A stretch of DNA of 64,000 bases from an uncultured Gammaproteobacteria bacterium (GCA_937801655.1 CALMWC010000005.1:1811-65810); one strand, 5' to 3'. Numbered from the stretch's first letter, positions 17,519-27,939 are shown. Notes: generated by a model from the sequence alone, not told the origin. A program made the numbers and translations.

Positions 17519-18424
17519 TTAATTAGTGAGCAATTCCAATTCTTGTTTGAGCCATTGATTAAATTCAGTCGGTCGTTCCATCATGATGAAATGACCCACA
17601 TCTTCCATGAATTCTATGTTTAAATTTTGGTACTGTTGTAAATTAGCTTCCACATTTGTATCCCTAAAATACCTAGAATTTAATGTTTTGATAGGTATAT
17701 CAATCTTACTTAGTTGTTCAGGATAGTTCATTCCTAGTAATGATTGTAGTGAACCTCTTGAGGCATCAACAGGAGCTTTTCTAGAGCCTTCCTTTATCCA
17801 ATTGCTCAATTCAGCGTTGGTGCTTTCAATGAAAAAACCGGCAGTAGCTTTCTCAGTTGCTGATTCTTGAGAAAAACGAAACATAGTTCCAACCATTAAC
17901 TTAACAAAACTACTGGCTGGTTCTTTGGCCACATCATGCAATGTATCTATACCTATTATAGCTTTGGCTCTGTCTTTTAATATTACCGCAGCCTCAACTG
18001 CTACAGGGCCTCCCATTGAATGGCCGATCAGTATCGCTTCTTCAATGTTGGCATTATTGATAGCTGCTACAACATCCTGTCCAAATTGACCCATATTATA
18101 ATTTTCTCTAGTCTGACCAGATTCGCCATGCCCTCCTAAGTCAACTGATATCACTTTATAATATTTAGAAAAGTAATCTAGTTGTGCCCACCAATAATTA
18201 CTATTACAGCTATAGCCATGCACAAAAACCAATGTTTGATCTCCTACCCCTTTTTCAAAATAAACAATATCAACTCCATCTGAACTTTTAGTATTCTTTT
18301 TAATAAATCCAATTTGAGTAAGCGGGGATCCTAGATTTGTAAGTAGATCATTAAAAAGAGGGTCTGAATTAACCTGCCCTATATGGAAAATGATAAGTAA
18401 TACTAATGTGATAGTCTTTTTCAT
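17519..18424 (-). CDS. secreted alpha/beta hydrolase
   Basis: Signal peptide, HG oxyanion region (VFVHGY) and GHSMGG nucleophile elbow. Confidence 0.75.
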   Translation of the reverse strand: MKKTITLVLLIIFHIGQVNSDPLFNDLLTNLGSPLTQIGFIKKNTKSSDGVDIVYFEKGVGDQTLVFVHGYSCNSNYWWAQLDYFSKYYKVISVDLGGHGESGQTRENYNMGQFGQDVVAAINNANIEEAILIGHSMGGPVAVEAAVILKDRAKAIIGIDTLHDVAKEPASSFVKLMVGTMFRFSQESATEKATAGFFIESTNAELSNWIKEGSRKAPVDASRGSLQSLLGMNYPEQLSKIDIPIKTLNSRYFRDTNVEANLQQYQNLNIEFMEDVGHFIMMERPTEFNQWLKQELELLTN

Positions 18425-18533
18425 ATTTTTATATTAATTTAATCTCTAATATTTATCATAAATATAAATTATTAACATCTAAGATTTATAATATAATTAG
18501 CTTATCAATTATTTTTAAAAATAAAAGACAGCT

Positions 18534-19280
18534 ATGGCAGGACACAGTAAATGGGCCAATATTCAACATCGAAAAGGCAGGCAAGATAAAGCAAGAGGCA
18601 AACTCTTTACCAAGTTAATTCGTGAAGTAACAGTTGCAGCTAGAATTGGTGGGAGCGATTTAGATTCCAATCCACGCTTGAGAACAGCAGTGGATAAAGC
18701 GAAATCTCAAAGCATGCCAAAAGACAATATAGAACGAGCCATTAACAAAGGATCAGGTGAGGGCGATGACTTTAATCTAGAGGAAGTCACTTATGAGGGA
18801 TACGGACCAGGGGGAGTAGCAATTCTTATTGAGAGTATGACTGATAATAGAAACCGCACTGTCGCTGAAGTCAGACATGCTTTAACAAAATTTGGAGGAA
18901 ATCTGGGTGCTGAAGGATCTGTATCTTATCTTTTTAAGCAAACTGGCTTAATTACTATTTCAGGGGTTGAGGATGAAAACAAGATTGTAGAAACTGCTAT
19001 AGAGCTTGGTGCAGAAGATATTGAAATCAATGCTGATGGCTCTATGGAAATAATGACATCTCCCAATGATTTCGTTGATATCAAAGATGCTCTTAGTGAT
19101 GAAGAAATTAATATTGATATTGCTGAAGTAACAATGAAAGCTGCCACTGATGTTTCAATTGATCTCAAGCATGCTCAATCAATGATCAAGTTATTGGATA
19201 TGCTGGATGATCTTGATGATATTCAAACGGTACATTCAAATGCTGAGATTTCTAATGACATACTTGAGCAACTGAATTGA
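18534..19280 (+). CDS. yebC: YebC/PmpR family transcriptional regulator
   Basis: MAGHSKWANIQHRKG... N-terminus is diagnostic. Sits upstream of ruvCAB as in many proteobacteria. Confidence 0.9.
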   Translation: MAGHSKWANIQHRKGRQDKARGKLFTKLIREVTVAARIGGSDLDSNPRLRTAVDKAKSQSMPKDNIERAINKGSGEGDDFNLEEVTYEGYGPGGVAILIESMTDNRNRTVAEVRHALTKFGGNLGAEGSVSYLFKQTGLITISGVEDENKIVETAIELGAEDIEINADGSMEIMTSPNDFVDIKDALSDEEINIDIAEVTMKAATDVSIDLKHAQSMIKLLDMLDDLDDIQTVHSNAEISNDILEQLN

Positions 19281-19299
19281 TTTTCTCAAGGTCCCTTAA

Positions 19300-19794
19300 A
19301 TGAAAATATTTGGAATAGATCCTGGATCAAGAGTAACCGGTTATGGATTAATTGAATCCAATGGCAATCACTCTAAATATATTGATAGTGGTATTATTAA
19401 AACCAGTGAGAAAATCTTTCCTGAAAGACTCAGAATTATCTATACAGAGATCCAGAACTTAGTAGTTCATCATCAACCTGATGTTATTTCAATAGAAAAT
19501 GTATTTATGCATAAAAATGCTGATAGTGCTCTAAAATTAGGACAAGCTAAAGCAGCTGCTATTTGTGGTACTTTTAAAATAAACGTATCTGTTTTTGAAT
19601 ATGCTGCAAGAGAAGTTAAGCAGGCAGTTGTCGGAACGGGTGCTGCGGAAAAAGAACAGGTGCAACAAATGGTTAGAATCATTTTAGGTATTAAGAATAA
19701 GGAGTTAAAACTTGATGAATCCGATGCACTTGCAATAGCAATCTGTCATGCTCATAGTTACTCAGTAAATAAAATATTGAAAGATAAACAATAA
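19300..19794 (+). CDS. ruvC: Holliday junction resolvase RuvC
   Basis: IFGIDPGSRVTGYG start, catalytic acidic residues, and C-terminal DESDALAIAICHA. Confidence 0.9.
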   Translation: MKIFGIDPGSRVTGYGLIESNGNHSKYIDSGIIKTSEKIFPERLRIIYTEIQNLVVHHQPDVISIENVFMHKNADSALKLGQAKAAAICGTFKINVSVFEYAAREVKQAVVGTGAAEKEQVQQMVRIILGIKNKELKLDESDALAIAICHAHSYSVNKILKDKQ

Positions 19795-20384
19795 TGATTG
19801 GTTCTTTAATTGGCTTGGTAAAAAATAAGAAACCCAATATGGTTCTCATTGAAGTCAATGGAATTGGGTATGAAGTTAATGTTCCACTGTCCACTAGCTT
19901 TAAAGTACCTGCAATTAATGAGTCAACCTACATTCTCACTCATCTAATTGTTAGAGAAGATCAACATACACTGTATGGTTTTGCTACAGAGGAAGAAAGA
20001 AATCTATTTAGAGCCCTGATAAAGATAAGTGGAGTAGGCCCTAAATTAGCCCTGACAATTTTATCCGGCATTAATACAAATGATTTTGTTAAGTCAGTAT
20101 TGTCAGAAGACATAGAAACATTAATTCATCTTCCAGGTATTGGAAAAAAGACAGCGGAAAGATTGGTGGTTGAAATGAAAGATAAAGTTAGTGAGATTTC
20201 TGATTCTCTGGAAATTACTGATGGAGGTTTACCAAAATCAAACACAGTAAGAGAAGCACAGAATGCTCTTGTTAATCTTGGTTATAAAAGTTCAGAAGCC
20301 AGAAAGATTCTAGACAATATAGATAAAGATGAACTTACAGTTGAGGACCTTTTAAAGCAGGCATTGCAATCTTTGAATAAGTGA
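19794..20384 (+). CDS. ruvA: Holliday junction DNA helicase RuvA
   Basis: MIGSL.G start, and HhH motifs ISGVGPKLALTIL and LPGIGKKTAERL. Confidence 0.9.
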   Translation: MIGSLIGLVKNKKPNMVLIEVNGIGYEVNVPLSTSFKVPAINESTYILTHLIVREDQHTLYGFATEEERNLFRALIKISGVGPKLALTILSGINTNDFVKSVLSEDIETLIHLPGIGKKTAERLVVEMKDKVSEISDSLEITDGGLPKSNTVREAQNALVNLGYKSSEARKILDNIDKDELTVEDLLKQALQSLNK

Positions 20385-20390
20385 TGATAT

Positions 20391-21434
20391 ATGGATGAAA
20401 TAGAAAATATAATCTCCAATGAAATCCAAGAAGGAGAAGAGTCTATAGACAGCATGCTAAGACCTAAAACTTTATCCGAATATGTAGGTCAAGATCCTGT
20501 TAAAGAGCAACTTAGTATTTTTATTGAAGCCGCAAAAAAACGAGAAGAGTCATTAGATCATGTATTGATATTTGGGCCCCCTGGTTTGGGAAAAACTACG
20601 TTAGCTCATGTTATATCAAATGAACTTGGGGTTAATCTAAAGCACACTTCAGGACCTGCGATAGAAAAACCAGGAGACTTGGCTGCCATCCTAACTAACC
20701 TTGAAGAAAATGATGTTTTATTTGTTGATGAGATACATCGATTGAGTGCTGTTGTGGAGGAAATTCTATACCCAGCATTGGAAGATTATAAATTAGATAT
20801 TGTTATTGGTGAAGGGCCTTCTGCAAGGTCCATTCGATTAGATCTAACATCATTTACTATGATTGGTGCTACAACCAGAGCTGGTCTACTGACATCTCCT
20901 TTGAGGGATCGCTTTGGTATTTCACAGAGATTGGAATTTTACCACCCTAACGAGCTTACCAGTATTGTTATTAGATCAGCTGGCATTTTAGATGTTGTGA
21001 TTGATCAAGAAGGTGCTGAAGAAATTGCCTCTAGAGCCAGAGGCACTCCTAGGATTGCAAATCGATTACTCAGAAGAGCAAGGGATTTTGCACAAGTTAG
21101 GGCAGATGGAGAAATCACAAAGAAGGTTGCTCTTGATGCGATGCAGCTGATGGATGTTGATAAAAATGGTTTTGATTTATTGGATCGTAAATTTTTATTA
21201 GCAATCATTGAAACTTTTAATGGGGGACCTGTAGGCATTGATGCAATAGCTGCTGCCATAGGTGAAGAAAGAGGTACTGTTGAGGATATTATTGAGCCAT
21301 TTCTTATACAAAGAGGTTTTTTAATTAGGACACCTCGTGGAAGAACTGCTTCTTTAAAAGCCTATCAACATTTTGAAATTGAAATACCCAAGGAACTTAG
21401 AGAGCAAAACCCAAATCTCTTTGACGCATCTTAA
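20391..21434 (+). CDS. ruvB: Holliday junction DNA helicase RuvB
   Basis: Walker [12 protein letters not shown], Walker B LFVDEIHR, and the [12 protein letters not shown] sensor region. Confidence 0.95.
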   Translation: MDEIENIISNEIQEGEESIDSMLRPKTLSEYVGQDPVKEQLSIFIEAAKKREESLDHVLIFGPPGLGKTTLAHVISNELGVNLKHTSGPAIEKPGDLAAILTNLEENDVLFVDEIHRLSAVVEEILYPALEDYKLDIVIGEGPSARSIRLDLTSFTMIGATTRAGLLTSPLRDRFGISQRLEFYHPNELTSIVIRSAGILDVVIDQEGAEEIASRARGTPRIANRLLRRARDFAQVRADGEITKKVALDAMQLMDVDKNGFDLLDRKFLLAIIETFNGGPVGIDAIAAAIGEERGTVEDIIEPFLIQRGFLIRTPRGRTASLKAYQHFEIEIPKELREQNPNLFDAS

Positions 21435-21466
21435 TAGATCTTGTTAGTTAAGCAGCTGACAGATTG

Positions 21467-21730
21467 CTATTTTTTGTTAAAGCTGATTTTTGAACTTCCT
21501 TTCTTATATTCATAAAATTCTTTAAAGGCTTCAACTACTACAATACCTAGCTTATAGTCTATCTCAGGATATTCTTCTTCATATTTTTCACAAAGAACTT
21601 CCCAATCATCTTGTTCCATTTCATTTAATTGTGTTATCTCTCCAGAATCAATCAAATAATCCCACTTTTCTAAACTTTCTGGATAATGCTCTTGTGCAAA
21701 GTTTAATAATTTATTTTGCCATTTAATCAT
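21467..21730 (-). CDS. small acidic hypothetical protein
   Basis: 87-aa ORF rich in E/D/Y/W. No motif recognised. Coding status inferred only from ORF length in an AT-rich context. Confidence 0.35.
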   Translation of the reverse strand: MIKWQNKLLNFAQEHYPESLEKWDYLIDSGEITQLNEMEQDDWEVLCEKYEEEYPEIDYKLGIVVVEAFKEFYEYKKGSSKISFNKK

Positions 21731-21860
21731 TATTTACTCGTCTTCATCATCAAGCAGTACTGCTGATATTAGAAATTTATTTTTCATAACAATAATCATA
21801 ACAAAGAATCCCTAACTGAGGCTGTCTAACAAAAAAAAGGTCATTTTAAATAAAGCTAAT

Positions 21861-21935
21861 TGGCGCTCCCTAGGGGATTTGAACCCCTGTTTCCGCCTTG
21901 AGAGGGCAGCGTCCTAACCACTAGACGAAGGGAGC
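21861..21935 (-). tRNA. tRNA-Glu (anticodon CUC)
   Basis: Reverse complement: GCTCCCTTCGTCTAGTGGTTAGGACGCTGCCCTCTCAAGGCGGAAACAGGGGTTCAAATCCCCTAGGGAGCGCCA. Aligns to E. coli tRNA-Glu, but the anticodon loop is CTCTCAA. Confidence 0.85.
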
Positions 21936-21982
21936 TTGAAAGCATTATAAAAGATAACTAATTTTTTGATACTATAAATAAC

Positions 21983-22651
21983 ATGCCAAAAATCTTACCT
22001 ATAAAACTAGAATCAAAATTCATAGCTATAGAAGGCCCAGTAGGATCAGGTAAAACAAGTTTAGCTAAGAAACTAGCAGATTATGTTGATGGTAAATTAA
22101 TTCTAGAACAGCCGGGAGACAATCCTTTTCTTCAAAACTTCTATACTGACCCAAGAACAAATGCATTGCCTACAGAACTTTCTTTCCTGTTTCAGAGGTC
22201 AAAACTTTTAGAACAGGTTAACCAAGAAGAGCTTTTTTCATCAATTACTGTTACAGATTTTCTTTTTGACAAGGATATTATTTTTTCAGAAATGAATTTA
22301 ACAGTGGAAGAATTGGAATTATTTAATAAGGTGAAAGAATCACTCCATATTAAACCTCAAACTCCAGATCTAGTAATATATTTACAAGCACCTGTGGATG
22401 TTTTGATTTCTAGAATTAAAATGAGATCATCTTCAGTTGATGAGTTAATTGATCGAAGATATCTAGAAAATCTAGCAGATTCATACACTAAATTCTTTTA
22501 TTACTATGACGATGCACCATTGCTAGTAGTGAATGCTGAAAGCATTGATCCAATTCATAATAATGATCATTTTGAAATGCTTTATGAAGAACTTTCTAGT
22601 GTTAAGTTTGGTAAACATTTTTTTAATAATACTGCATCAGTTCTCCGATAA
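21983..22651 (+). CDS. deoxynucleoside kinase family protein
   Basis: P-loop IAIEGPVGSGKTSLAKKLA, dNK-like blocks (ELSFLFQR, DFLFDKD), and typical length. Confidence 0.7.
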   Translation: MPKILPIKLESKFIAIEGPVGSGKTSLAKKLADYVDGKLILEQPGDNPFLQNFYTDPRTNALPTELSFLFQRSKLLEQVNQEELFSSITVTDFLFDKDIIFSEMNLTVEELELFNKVKESLHIKPQTPDLVIYLQAPVDVLISRIKMRSSSVDELIDRRYLENLADSYTKFFYYYDDAPLLVVNAESIDPIHNNDHFEMLYEELSSVKFGKHFFNNTASVLR

Positions 22652-22652
22652 T

Positions 22653-23726
22653 CTAATGTTGCTCAAGTGCCCAGATTATATGTTCACGTAACATTTCTGA
22701 ATCTACATTGATTCTGGATTTTAAAACTGTCTTGATGCTTGGAGTGGTTTTTGAATTCCCTAAAGCAACAGCAATATTTCTCAACCAGCCGTTGTAACCA
22801 GATCTCCTTAAGGCGGTTCCTCTTGTATTTTTATCCCATTCTTTTTCTGACCATAAAAATAGTTTTTCAAGTGGTTGATCTAATAGATTAGAGTTTGGTT
22901 TAAAGTCCTTATTAACAGCTGATTTAGCAAATTTATTCCAAGGACAGAATGACTGACAATCATCGCAACCGAAAATTCTGTTACCAATGGGTTTTCTCAT
23001 ATGCAAAGGAATTGATTCTTTATTTTCAATTGTGAGGTAGGAGATGCATTTCCTTGCATCAAGTTGATATGGTGCAATAATCGCTTGTGTAGGACAGACA
23101 TCAATACACTCCCTGCAAGTGCCACAATGGTTCGTTGAAGGCTTGTCTATTGGCAATTCAAGATCAGTATATATTTCAGCTAAGAAGAACCAAGAGCCAC
23201 TAGATTTATCAATCAAATTGGTGTGTTTGCCAATCCAGCCTAAACCAGCATTTCTAGCAAAAGCTTTTTCAAGAACAGGAGCAGAGTCAACAAAAGAACT
23301 TTGTCCTTTTAAGTCAGAGTATTGTTTTATCTTCAAACTTAGTGCATTGAGTTTCTTCTTGATAGTTTTATGATAATCCTTGCCCAAAGCATAGTTTGCT
23401 ATGTAACCAACTGAGTCATTATCAATTAGTTCTTGAGCACTCATTTTATCTCTGGAGAAATAATGTATTTTCAAGGAAATCACTCTGATTGTTCCTGGGA
23501 CTAAAAGTTCAGCTCTGGTCCTTTTATTACCATGCTTCACCATGTAATTCATAGATCCATGAAATTTTTTTTCCAACCAGTTTTTTAGATGTTTTTCGTC
23601 GTCTTTGATATCAATACCACTGATACCCACATCATCAAATCCAAGTTCTTTAGACCATTTTTTAATATTATTTCTTAATTCAATTGGATCTTGCATTTTT
23701 CTCAGAAGAGTTTTAATAACAACCAC
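22653..23726 (-). CDS. queG: epoxyqueuosine reductase
   Basis: Ferredoxin-type clusters CGTCRECIDVCPTQAI and CDDCQSFCPWN, plus a HEAT-like C-terminus. Divergent from nnr, as for E. coli yjeS/yjeF. Confidence 0.85.
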   Translation of the reverse strand: MVVIKTLLRKMQDPIELRNNIKKWSKELGFDDVGISGIDIKDDEKHLKNWLEKKFHGSMNYMVKHGNKRTRAELLVPGTIRVISLKIHYFSRDKMSAQELIDNDSVGYIANYALGKDYHKTIKKKLNALSLKIKQYSDLKGQSSFVDSAPVLEKAFARNAGLGWIGKHTNLIDKSSGSWFFLAEIYTDLELPIDKPSTNHCGTCRECIDVCPTQAIIAPYQLDARKCISYLTIENKESIPLHMRKPIGNRIFGCDDCQSFCPWNKFAKSAVNKDFKPNSNLLDQPLEKLFLWSEKEWDKNTRGTALRRSGYNGWLRNIAVALGNSKTTPSIKTVLKSRINVDSEMLREHIIWALEQH

Positions 23727-23741
23727 AGTATAATAGTGATT

Positions 23742-25229
23742 ATGGATATATCTAAAAATTTTATTTTCTCTGCAAAAGAAGTCTCCTCTATAGATTCATT
23801 AGCAATCAATGATGAAAATATCAGTGGCTTCTTATTGATGAAGAGAGCTGCAGAGTTTTCTTTTGATTTAACTTTAAAGAAATATCCAAATACAAAATCA
23901 TTTCTTGTCTTTTGTGGAACAGGTAATAACGCTGGCGATGGTTATCTTTTTGCCAGTCATGCAATTAAAAAAGGTCTTGATGCGAGCGTTATTTATTTAG
24001 CATCTCCTGAAAACTTAAAAGGAGATGCACTCAAAGCTTTTGTTGATCTCAAATCGTTGGGAGCCAAAATAGTACCTTGGACTAAGGAATATAAATTTGA
24101 GACCGATATTATTATTGATGCAGTATTTGGTATTGGACTTAATAGAGTTATCGAAGATGATTACTTGGAATGCATCAAAGCAATTAATGCGAGTATAAAA
24201 CCAGTCATTGCCATGGATATACCTTCAGGCCTCTGTGCAAATACAGGAAGAGAAAAGGGGATTGCAATAAAAGCAGAGATTACCTTTACTTTTGTAGGGA
24301 AGAAGATTGGCATGTACTTAGAGTCAGGGCCGGATTGCTGTGGAGAGATCTATTTTAGTAATCTTTCAATACCAGAAAATAACTATCAAACTGCAAAGCC
24401 TTCAGTTGAGATTGTTGATGATGGATTAAGAAATAAGATATTAGGAAAAAGAGCAAAAGCTTCACATAAAGGTAACTTTGGTCATGTTTTGATAGTTGGA
24501 GGTAATAAAGGTATGGGAGGCGCGGCAAGGATTGCAGCAGAAGCAGCCATTCGATCAGGTGCAGGTTTGGTCAGTGTTATTACACGACCCGAGAATGTTA
24601 ATCTGATTACTAGATTAAGACCTGAAATAATGTGCCATGCAGCAGATGAAAAGCTTAGTAATCTTAAAAAAATAATAAAAAAAGTCGATGTCATTGCAAT
24701 AGGGCCTGGGTTAGGAATAGACGAATGGGCTCATAAATTATATGCAGAAATAATCAACACAGAGCAACCATTAATCGTAGACGCAGATGCATTGAATATT
24801 CTTTCTCTAGATCCTATCAAAAGAGATAATTGGATTCTCACTCCTCATCCAGGGGAAGCTGCAAAACTAATTTCAAAGTTAACCACTCAGATACAATCTA
24901 ATCGATTAATGAGCTTGGAAAAAATAATCAATCAATATCAAGCAACAGTTATTCTTAAAGGCAATAATACTTTAGTGGGTAATTTGAATACAGTACCTTA
25001 TATGATTAAAGAGGGTAATCCTGGAATGGCATCCGCAGGAATGGGAGATCTATTGACTGGCTTGACAGCCGGATTGCTGGCCCAGTATTTAAATCATGAT
25101 TATTGTCAAATAGCAGCATTGGCAGCATTTATTCATGCTAAAGCGGGTGATCAATCTGCATTGAATGGTCAAAGAGGCCTTATTGCTACTGATTTATTAT
25201 GTGAGTTGAGGCCATTATTAAATCCATGA
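23742..25229 (+). CDS. nnr: bifunctional NAD(P)H-hydrate epimerase / ADP-dependent dehydratase
   Basis: YjeF_N motif CGTGNNAGDG and kinase-like C-terminal motifs GHVLIVGGNKGMGGA and GMGDLLTG. I prefer the start at MDISKN (23742) because the track start overlaps queG. Confidence 0.85.
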   Translation: MDISKNFIFSAKEVSSIDSLAINDENISGFLLMKRAAEFSFDLTLKKYPNTKSFLVFCGTGNNAGDGYLFASHAIKKGLDASVIYLASPENLKGDALKAFVDLKSLGAKIVPWTKEYKFETDIIIDAVFGIGLNRVIEDDYLECIKAINASIKPVIAMDIPSGLCANTGREKGIAIKAEITFTFVGKKIGMYLESGPDCCGEIYFSNLSIPENNYQTAKPSVEIVDDGLRNKILGKRAKASHKGNFGHVLIVGGNKGMGGAARIAAEAAIRSGAGLVSVITRPENVNLITRLRPEIMCHAADEKLSNLKKIIKKVDVIAIGPGLGIDEWAHKLYAEIINTEQPLIVDADALNILSLDPIKRDNWILTPHPGEAAKLISKLTTQIQSNRLMSLEKIINQYQATVILKGNNTLVGNLNTVPYMIKEGNPGMASAGMGDLLTGLTAGLLAQYLNHDYCQIAALAAFIHAKAGDQSALNGQRGLIATDLLCELRPLLNP

Positions 25230-25696
25230 AAATAAAAAGCGAAGTAGAAATGATACAGCTAGGTAAAACTATTGCTGAGCAGATTAAAGTATCAAAATAC
25301 GAATCTTTAGTGATTTATTTGAAGGGTAATCTGGGTACTGGTAAAACAACTTTTTCAAAAGGTTTTCTTAAAGGAATGGGTTTCAATGAGTTAGTAAACA
25401 GCCCCACTTATAATTTAATTGAAACAATCGAAACAAATAATTTTATTATTTATCATGTCGACCTTTATCGAATTGAGTCATTGAATGAAATACTAGAGTT
25501 AGAACTTCATGAAAAACCAATAATAGATAAGCCTTATATATTTCTTATTGAATGGCCAGAAAATGGTGGAGATTATATTTTATCTGCTGATCTAATTATT
25601 AATATATCATTCAGTGAAATTATGAATGAAAGGCTTATTAATCTCCAAAAGTTGAGTAAAAAAGTAAGCAAACTTGAAGATTCTTGGATAAAGTAG
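25226..25696 (+). CDS. tsaE: tRNA t6A biosynthesis ATPase TsaE
   Basis: GNLGTGKTTFSKG P-loop, SPTYNL and HVDLYR motifs. Confidence 0.85.
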   Translation: MKIKSEVEMIQLGKTIAEQIKVSKYESLVIYLKGNLGTGKTTFSKGFLKGMGFNELVNSPTYNLIETIETNNFIIYHVDLYRIESLNEILELELHEKPIIDKPYIFLIEWPENGGDYILSADLIINISFSEIMNERLINLQKLSKKVSKLEDSWIK

Positions 25697-25751
25697 TTCT
25701 TTAGTAATCAAACAAGGAAGTTTCATCGATAGAGTAATAAAAATATCATCA

Positions 25752-26888
25752 TTGATCTTTTTAGTATTTTTCATAAATGCAAATGTAATTGCTAAACCTG
25801 TATTAAAGAATATTAGAATAAGTAAAGAGGATCTAGAAACTAGGTTGGTTTTGGATTTATCTGAAACAACCAAATATAAAGTTTTTACATTAAATAGACC
25901 TAATCGGGTTGTTGTTGATCTTTATCGCTCTAATAAAAGTAATAAATTGAAATCATCACTAGGCCAAAAAGGTTTAATTAGCAAAGTCAGGATTGCTAAA
26001 AACACCAGCACAAAACTCAGAGTGGTTATTGAAACAGAAGAGATTGTTTTTTATAAAACATCACATATTCCATCAGGATCAAACAGTAACTTTAGAGTCG
26101 TTATAGATTTAAAAAAAGCGTATGAGGGCAGTAGAAAGTTAGTAAGTGCTGCTGTGAATAAACAGGAAATGATTATTGCTATTGATCCAGGCCATGGAGG
26201 CAAGGATGAAGGAACAAGAGGAAAGAAAATCAAAGAAAAAGATTTAGTTTTGAAAATAGCAAAAAGACTAAAATCTCTAATTGATAATGAAAAAAATATG
26301 AGAGCCATCTTAATAAGAGATGATGATAGTTTTCCATGTCCTCAAAAAAGAAATAATTGCACTCAAATTGAATCTTTAAATGAAAGAGTATCAAGGGCAA
26401 AAAATGCAAAAGCACATCTTTTGATTTCTATACATGCTGATTCATTTAAGGATTCAAAAGTAAGGGGTGCCACTCTTTATGCTTTATCAGACTCAAGAAA
26501 GATTGCTAAGGGTAGTGATTATAAAATGATGTATCAACCAAAATCAAAGAAGAATATTGCTTTAAAAAGTGGTGTGTCTAAAAGGTTAATTAATAAAATT
26601 AAAGTCAATCAAGTTCAAGCTTATGATCAAAGTAAAGTAATTGGACAGGCAATTCTTTCTGAGCTGAAGAAGGATGTAAGATTAAGAAAGAAAACACCCA
26701 TTGAGGCACAGTTTGCTGTTTTAAAATCTACTGAAATAGCATCTGTTCTCATTGAGACAAGTTACTTGTCTAATCCAAGTGATGAGAAATTTCTAATCAA
26801 TCCTATCAATCAAAAAAAGATTGCTACTGGAATACTTAGAGGAATAAAACTATATAATGCAAATTCTAAAAAAGAAATTCTAAAATGA
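25752..26888 (+). CDS. amiB: N-acetylmuramoyl-L-alanine amidase (AMIN + Amidase_3)
   Basis: AIDPGHGGKDEG, LISIHADS and ETSYLSNP zinc-amidase motifs, with an AMIN-like N-terminal domain. Occupies the amiB position of the E. coli superoperon. Non-ATG (TTG) start. Confidence 0.8.
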   Translation: MIFLVFFINANVIAKPVLKNIRISKEDLETRLVLDLSETTKYKVFTLNRPNRVVVDLYRSNKSNKLKSSLGQKGLISKVRIAKNTSTKLRVVIETEEIVFYKTSHIPSGSNSNFRVVIDLKKAYEGSRKLVSAAVNKQEMIIAIDPGHGGKDEGTRGKKIKEKDLVLKIAKRLKSLIDNEKNMRAILIRDDDSFPCPQKRNNCTQIESLNERVSRAKNAKAHLLISIHADSFKDSKVRGATLYALSDSRKIAKGSDYKMMYQPKSKKNIALKSGVSKRLINKIKVNQVQAYDQSKVIGQAILSELKKDVRLRKKTPIEAQFAVLKSTEIASVLIETSYLSNPSDEKFLINPINQKKIATGILRGIKLYNANSKKEILK

Positions 26889-26897
26889 CGTTGACTG

Positions 26898-27920
26898 ATG
26901 GACATTGATATTATACTTGAGCCAGATTTACACCCAGATCAAATAAGAGAAATTGGTATGGAAGCTGAAAGATATGGTGTTCATGCTGTCTGGACTTCTA
27001 ACTACTTTGCACATTGGGATCCTTTCTTAAGTTTAGTACCGCTAGCACAAGCAACATCAGTCATTAAGTTGGGACCTCTTGCAGTCAGCCCTTTTGAGAT
27101 GCATCCTCTAAAAATAGTCAATGCTTTGCTGACATTGAATGAAATGAGTAATGGCAGAGCTCAAGTTGCCGTAGGAGCTGGTGAAGGAAATATTACAGTT
27201 ATGGGGCTGACTACTCCTAAAAAAATAGTCTTAGCTATTCGTGAATCCATTGAGATTCTAACTGCAGCTAGTGATAATCGCTTGAATGATATTTATGAGG
27301 GTGAAGTTTTTCAAGTTAATGTTCCTTGTGACTTTTCATGGTCTAAAGCAAATAAGCCTATGATTTATGGAACTGCGTATAAGCACATGATGATGAGAAT
27401 GGAAGGGCGAGTTGCTGATGGTGTTTATATTGGGTGTACGCCACCTGAAATAATTGATTCTGCAATAGAAAATATTAATATTGGAATTTCAAAAAGGATC
27501 AATCCTGATCAAGAAATACATGTTAATAGTTTTTGGGCATGGCATATAAAAAATAATAAAGAGGAAGCTTATCGTGAATCTAGAAGAGAGTTGGCTTGGA
27601 GAGCTAGAAAACTCGATAAAGAATTGCTCAGTATTTATTGTAATCCAGATGAATGCGATCTCATAGTTGATCATTATCAAGCCTTTGTTGATGCTTATTT
27701 TGATCGATCAGGGAATGTTAAAAATGTACCAGAAGAACTCTGTAATAGATTATGTGAATCTTTCACTTCGACAGGAGGTTTGGAAGATGTTGATCGAGAA
27801 ATTGAAAGGTTTAAGTTATTTGAAAAAGCTGGTCAGACACAACTCTCAATTCGTTTGCATGATGAACCAATGGAAGCTCTAAAAATTATTGGCGAGAGAG
27901 TTATTCCAGCTTTTAGATAA
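26898..27920 (+). CDS. luciferase-like monooxygenase (LLM) class flavin/F420-type oxidoreductase
   Basis: TIM-barrel LLM-like blocks (GVHAVWTSNYF, LGPLAVSPFEMHPL, GRAQVAVGAGEG). Assignment is by pattern only. Confidence 0.6.
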   Translation: MDIDIILEPDLHPDQIREIGMEAERYGVHAVWTSNYFAHWDPFLSLVPLAQATSVIKLGPLAVSPFEMHPLKIVNALLTLNEMSNGRAQVAVGAGEGNITVMGLTTPKKIVLAIRESIEILTAASDNRLNDIYEGEVFQVNVPCDFSWSKANKPMIYGTAYKHMMMRMEGRVADGVYIGCTPPEIIDSAIENINIGISKRINPDQEIHVNSFWAWHIKNNKEEAYRESRRELAWRARKLDKELLSIYCNPDECDLIVDHYQAFVDAYFDRSGNVKNVPEELCNRLCESFTSTGGLEDVDREIERFKLFEKAGQTQLSIRLHDEPMEALKIIGERVIPAFR

Positions 27921-27939
27921 TAATCTGTAATTTCTATTA

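Noticed and set aside
21734-21787. 17-codon mini-ORF (MKNKFLISAVLLDDEDE) just upstream of the acidic 87-aa ORF on the minus strand, as a leader peptide.
   Set aside because: No attenuator-like hairpins or regulatory codon runs. It is too short and too AT-rich to distinguish from chance.
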